Source: a virus
DNA length: 38,697 bases
Reading direction: 5' to 3' (one strand)
IMG/VR virus record: IMGVR_UViG_3300045988_121486
Span: 1-38,697 of that record
Positions 35,650 through 38,697 of the stretch are shown here, piece by piece. The translations under genes and the position numbers were made by a program. Positions within the stretch are counted from its first letter, which is position 1. Each line of letters starts with the position of its first letter. The notes under the pieces were generated by a model that was given only the letters and a program-made list of their open reading frames with translations, was not told the DNA's origin and did not search any database.

Positions 35650-36165
35650 ATGGGTTACATAAAGTTTAAAAATAAAAAGACCGTATCAAAGGTCATCGTA
35701 TCAGAGGAGAGCCCTCATGTGATCCGCATCACCGGAGACGGCCTCACAATAAATACTGACGGCTTCCGGCTCTATCTGGATGAGGGATGCAAATACCCGC
35801 TGGACAACGGCGAGTATGAGGCATACACTACTTTATTCCGGGAGGGCGACGGCTGGTATGAGTTGTCCGATGACGGATCCGTCTACACCGAGCCGATTGC
35901 ACCGGTGCAACCTGAGCCCACAGAAGAGGAGCTTACGGAGTTGGGCAGACAGCAGCAGATCAGTCAGCTGACTGCGCAGATCGATGACCTCAAGGCCAGA
36001 ATCGCCGCCAGTGACTATAAGGTTATCAAGACCTATGAGTATACTCTCCTCGGTGAGCAGACCGAGTATGATATGGAGGCTGTCCATGCAGAGAGACAGG
36101 CTCTCCGGGATCAGATCAATACATTGGAGACACAACTGGCAGATCTGACCGCAACCGCAGAGTAG
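35650..36165 (+). CDS. Hypothetical tail/lysis-junction protein with a coiled-coil C-terminus
   Basis: 171 aa with SD AAAGGAG. Contains palindrome copy F in its linker. Confidence 0.55.
   Translation: MGYIKFKNKKTVSKVIVSEESPHVIRITGDGLTINTDGFRLYLDEGCKYPLDNGEYEAYTTLFREGDGWYELSDDGSVYTEPIAPVQPEPTEEELTELGRQQQISQLTAQIDDLKARIAASDYKVIKTYEYTLLGEQTEYDMEAVHAERQALRDQINTLETQLADLTATAE
35897..35910. repeat. Dispersed palindrome TTGCACCGGTGCAA, copy F (inside coding sequence, encodes IAPVQP)
   Basis: Exact 14-mer. Confidence 0.9.
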
Positions 36166-36281
36166 GAGGCTGCTTATGAGAGTGAGAGACGGTCCTTAAA
36201 CAATAAAACATAGTAACCAAGAGCCAAGAGCCGATTACTTCCTTCAGGAGGTGACCGGCTCATTATATTAAGGAGACTGAG

Positions 36282-36527
36282 ATGGCAACAGAAATCATTG
36301 TGGCACTGATCGGCTGCGCGGGAAGTGCGGCAGGCGCCTTCTGCGGAATTCTGGTCAATACAAAATTGACTACATATCGGTTGGAGCAGCTCGAAAAAAA
36401 GGTGGATAAGCATAACACAGTCATAGAACGCACATTCAAGCTAGAAGAAGCGCAGGCAGTTATGCAGGAACAAATTAAAGTAGCAAATCACAGAATTGAA
36501 GATTTGGAAAGAGAGGTAAAAGAATGA
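36282..36527 (+). CDS. Small membrane and coiled-coil protein (lysis accessory, XhlA-like?)
   Basis: N-terminal TM segment followed by a coiled coil. Precedes the holin. Confidence 0.45.
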   Translation: MATEIIVALIGCAGSAAGAFCGILVNTKLTTYRLEQLEKKVDKHNTVIERTFKLEEAQAVMQEQIKVANHRIEDLEREVKE

Positions 36528-36862
36528 GCACAAGTACAATCATGGTAATTATTTTGGCAGTGCTGACGGCACTGGTAGTAGGAACATTTTTATGGGTATA
36601 CATCCGCGATAAGACGATTGATGAGATCAGAGTGGATGTGTATCACCTGTTTCTGAAGGCAGAACATGCATTTAAAGAGTCGGGTTCCGGAAAGCAGAAG
36701 ATGAAGTATGTAGTAAGTCAGGCAAGAAAACTGTTGCCTTCATGGCTGCAGTATTTTGTCACTGATGAGTTCTTAGAAAGCGTTATAGAAAAGTGGTTCC
36801 AGGCAGTGAAGGATCTGCTGGATGACGGCAAGCTGAATGGATCAGAGGAGGAAGAAGAATGA
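36524..36862 (+). CDS. Holin (LL-H-like)
   Basis: N-terminal TM IMVIILAVLTALVVGTFLWVYI, then a GSGKQKMKYV pattern. Directly upstream of the endolysin. Confidence 0.65.
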   Translation: MSTSTIMVIILAVLTALVVGTFLWVYIRDKTIDEIRVDVYHLFLKAEHAFKESGSGKQKMKYVVSQARKLLPSWLQYFVTDEFLESVIEKWFQAVKDLLDDGKLNGSEEEEE

Positions 36863-37869
36863 AAAAGGCATTATCAAAAGGACCGGATATTTCCAAACAC
36901 AATGGAAATGTTAATATCAAAAAAGTGCGTGATGCCGGATATAAGCCTATAGGTATTCGGGCTGGTTACGGAAAAAATAACGTCGACGAGAAGTATGTGA
37001 GCAATGCATTGGCCTGCTTTAATCTGGCTGTGCAGGTGCTGCTCTACTGGTTTTCATATGCCTACACCGCAGCAATGGCAGTGGCAGAGGCAGAGTTTTG
37101 TATCACTCAGGCTAAAAAGTACTGGAGCAAATGCCCTATTGCATTTGATTTTGAGTACGACTCTGTAAATTATGCGCGTAAGAGAGGCGTGAATGTCACA
37201 AAACAGCTGGCTACAGATATGGCAATTGCATTTTTGCAAAAGGTCAAAGCAGCCGGTTATCTCCCGGTGATCTATACCAACAAAGATTACCTTAATAAAT
37301 ATTTTGACATGAACCGGATCGTAAAAGCACTGGGAAAGGTATACGTATGGTATGCACGCTATACGTCCAGTCTGTCAGCGGCGGAGATTGACCTTGCGGA
37401 TATTTGGCAGTATACATCATCAGGATCTGTCCCTGGAATAAGTGGCAAGTGTGATATCAATATCTTTTATACGGACTTTGAAATGGTATCAGTACCGGCG
37501 CAAAGAGAAGAAACCTGTAATATTAATATTCAGAACTTCCAGAAAGCTGCAAATGCAGACGGTTATCGGGATGAGCAGGGAAGAAAGCTGGCTGAAGATG
37601 GCAAAGATGGCAAGAATACTCGGTATGTAAAACAGCAGATCTGCCTGCAGGCGAAGAGATTCGGGCTGAGCTACAAGGTTGGCTCCAGGGGAGCGGTAGT
37701 TAAGTGGTGGCAGACACGTTGCAATGAGATCTTAGGACATGACCAGAACGTAGATGGTAAGTATGGAAAAGACGCAAGGAAAGAGACCATTGCAGTGCAG
37801 GACAAGCTGAACCTGGTAAAAGATGGAAAAGTAGGATACGACAGTATCCAGGCGGCATTCTATAATTGA
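36859..37869 (+). CDS. Endolysin: GH25 muramidase plus C-terminal peptidoglycan-binding repeat
   Basis: GPDISKHNGNVN...GIRAGYG...FDFEYD...WQYTSSGSVPGISGKCDINIFY. C-terminal VDGKYGKDARKETIAVQ. Confidence 0.9.
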   Translation: MKKALSKGPDISKHNGNVNIKKVRDAGYKPIGIRAGYGKNNVDEKYVSNALACFNLAVQVLLYWFSYAYTAAMAVAEAEFCITQAKKYWSKCPIAFDFEYDSVNYARKRGVNVTKQLATDMAIAFLQKVKAAGYLPVIYTNKDYLNKYFDMNRIVKALGKVYVWYARYTSSLSAAEIDLADIWQYTSSGSVPGISGKCDINIFYTDFEMVSVPAQREETCNINIQNFQKAANADGYRDEQGRKLAEDGKDGKNTRYVKQQICLQAKRFGLSYKVGSRGAVVKWWQTRCNEILGHDQNVDGKYGKDARKETIAVQDKLNLVKDGKVGYDSIQAAFYN

Positions 37870-37937
37870 CGGATCAGCAGAAGGTATGATACTCTAAAAT
37901 TACCCATTGAATCCTTCTCATGGTTTATCATGGGAAA

Positions 37938-37976
37938 AGAGTGGCGAACAAGAAGGGGTGTTCGCCACTCTTTTTA
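37938..37976 (+). terminator. Strong intrinsic terminator after the endolysin
   Basis: Perfect 13-bp stem AGAGTGGCGAACA/TGTTCGCCACTCT followed by a T-run. Confidence 0.85.
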
Positions 37977-37979
37977 TAT

Positions 37980-37993
37980 TAACTGGCAAGTTA
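37980..37993 (+). repeat. Crossover-like site S3, TAACTGGCAAGTTA
   Basis: Identical to S1. Starts 4 nt after the terminator T-run. Confidence 0.8.
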
Positions 37994-38317
37994 GAGACTA
38001 AAGAAGAATTTGTCAATGAAGGCACTATTGTTTCTAAAACCGGTAACCATGTGACATTGAATGGATCACAATATATTCAGAGTGTTACATACACGATCCC
38101 AGGTTGGGGAACTTTAAAAATAGGTACAATGTCCAAGCAATATGTTCCATCAAGAGCATTGGTTTTTTACACTCAGGTTAGGAATTCTGATACATCGAGA
38201 ATCTATTACATCGGCATTATTATAAGTATCAATGGAGATATTTCATTATATAATGCTGCGTCTGATGTGGAAATCACATTCTCGCAGATTGGTTTTTCAT
38301 TTGGCTGGGACGTGTAA
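37982..38317 (+). CDS. Start-less silent tail-fibre C-terminal cassette C (TGKL-ETKEEFVNEG...GWDV)
   Basis: In frame with GKL. The only upstream start candidate (TTG 37907) has no SD and would be translated through the terminator hairpin. Confidence 0.6.
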   Translation, partial: TGKLETKEEFVNEGTIVSKTGNHVTLNGSQYIQSVTYTIPGWGTLKIGTMSKQYVPSRALVFYTQVRNSDTSRIYYIGIIISINGDISLYNAASDVEITFSQIGFSFGWDV

Positions 38318-38320
38318 ATT

Positions 38321-38581
38321 TTAATTTTTACGGCAAATAAATTCTATAGTAGCCTGTTCGGTGACTGCACGTGAGGATATTGTAATAACTCCAACATAGT
38401 TGCTGTTATTGTCATAATTACAAAATATTAGATCCGCATGTGGGAAATTAGTGTATCCGTTTACTGCAATTACAGTGTATCCATCAGGTATTTCTGGTGC
38501 ATTAAAATATCCAATTTTTAGGGTTGTATCAAAATCAACAGTTGGATCAATTTTAATAATTTTTAATTCTAACTTGCCATT
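38321..38581 (-). CDS. Start-less silent tail-fibre C-terminal cassette D (NGKL-ELKIIKIDPTVDF...CRKN)
   Basis: 86 codons open from the core. In-frame TAA 5 codons upstream. No ATG. Not in the ORF track for that reason. Confidence 0.6.
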   Translation of the reverse strand, partial: NGKLELKIIKIDPTVDFDTTLKIGYFNAPEIPDGYTVIAVNGYTNFPHADLIFCNYDNNSNYVGVITISSRAVTEQATIEFICRKN

Positions 38582-38583
38582 TA
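38570..38583 (-). repeat. Crossover-like site S4, TAAATGGCAAGTTA (minus sense)
   Basis: 14-mer identical to S2 and inverted relative to S1 and S3. Confidence 0.8.
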
Positions 38584-38614
38584 CAGAGAAAATAAATTAC
38601 AGGAAACAACTTGA

Positions 38615-38635
38615 TGCAACACAAAATGCAACATG
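38615..38635 (+). repeat. Two more TGCAAC(A)(C/T)(A/G) arm-type motifs at 12-bp spacing beside the right att copy
   Basis: TGCAACACA at 38615 and TGCAACATG at 38627, in the same orientation as the left array. Confidence 0.55.
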
Positions 38636-38668
38636 AAATAGAAAAACCCTTGAAAAATCAAGGGTTTT
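38636..38668 (-). terminator. Phage-borne intrinsic terminator for the reconstituted tRNA gene
   Basis: Minus sense: AAAACCCTT/AAGGGTTTT stem followed by TCTATTT, starting 4 nt after the tRNA 3' end. Confidence 0.65.
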
Positions 38669-38671
38669 AAG

Positions 38672-38697
38672 AAGCGCGAGACGGGGATCGAACCCGC
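38672..38697 (-). tRNA. 3' end of a tRNA gene (T-arm plus acceptor strand) continuing beyond the window; right att core
   Basis: Minus sense GCGGG-TTCGATC-CCCGT-CTCGCGC-T. The anticodon is outside the window, so the identity is unknown. Confidence 0.7.

Larger units (their letters stand above)
1..38697. mobile_element. Integrated temperate tailed prophage bounded by 26-bp direct repeats (att sites in a tRNA 3' end)
   Basis: Identical 26-mer AAGCGCGAGACGGGGATCGAACCCGC at both ends. Integrase sits next to the left repeat. Full lysogeny, replication, packaging, head, tail and lysis gene order lies between. Confidence 0.9.

Noticed and set aside
37907-38317. Track ORF of 136 aa starting at TTG 37907, as an independent gene
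   Set aside because: There is no SD. Its first 25 codons are the two arms of a perfect 13-bp terminator stem. The meaningful frame begins at the TGKL core (37982).
34218-38583. Diversity-generating retroelement or serine-invertase (Gin/Hin-type) explanation for fibre variability
   Set aside because: No reverse transcriptase, no template/variable repeat pair and no resolvase/invertase-like ORF is present in any frame of the window.
38451-38636. 61-aa plus-strand ORF
   Set aside because: It is antisense to the longer, core-anchored cassette D frame. It has no RBS, is low-complexity and AT-rich.

Overview
The window is one complete integrated temperate tailed prophage of about 38.7 kb with siphovirus-like, Firmicutes-type gene order. 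It is bounded by identical 26-bp direct repeats (1-26 and 38672-38697). These repeats are the 3' end (T-arm plus acceptor strand) of a minus-strand tRNA gene that continues beyond the right edge.

Gene order, left to right:
- Tyrosine integrase with tandem arm-type repeats.
- Minus-strand lysogeny operon (XRE repressor, ImmA-like peptidase, small Cys-rich protein) facing a Cro-like gene across divergent promoters.
- Early genes: an HUH rolling-circle Rep, a degenerate RNase H-like protein, a PcfJ-like protein, an HNH protein and an RHH protein.
- An AT-rich accessory island: a split N6-adenine methyltransferase, a DPPY methyltransferase, a truncated C5-methyltransferase stub and several small zinc-ribbon proteins.
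- A second, internal tyrosine recombinase and a RinA/ArpU-like late regulator.
- terS, terL, portal, a MuF protein with a C-terminal HExxH domain, scaffold, capsid, connectors, tail tube, chaperone pair, TP901-type tape measure, baseplate and fibre genes, holin, and a GH25 endolysin.

Main finding: four copies of a 10-nt core, TGGCAAGTTA, two per orientation. Each is read in frame as Gly-Lys-Leu and each opens a different AT-rich C-terminal coding segment. Only one segment is attached to the tail-fibre N-terminus. The other three have no start codon or RBS. The segments form two tail-to-tail pairs, which looks like a multi-site, shufflon-like inversion system for the receptor-binding tip. No serine invertase is present. 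The two tyrosine recombinases are the only candidate enzymes.

Second main finding: a perfect 14-bp palindrome, TTGCACCGGTGCAA, occurs six times, plus one 1-mismatch variant. It sits at module boundaries and is kept inside two coding regions.

Other findings include an A7 slippery site splitting a methyltransferase, a tail-chaperone pair needing a +1 frame change, two nested long inverted repeats in a 270-bp non-coding stretch, and antisense-oriented terminators in the rep leader.

All functional calls come from reading motifs by eye and gene order. No database search was run.
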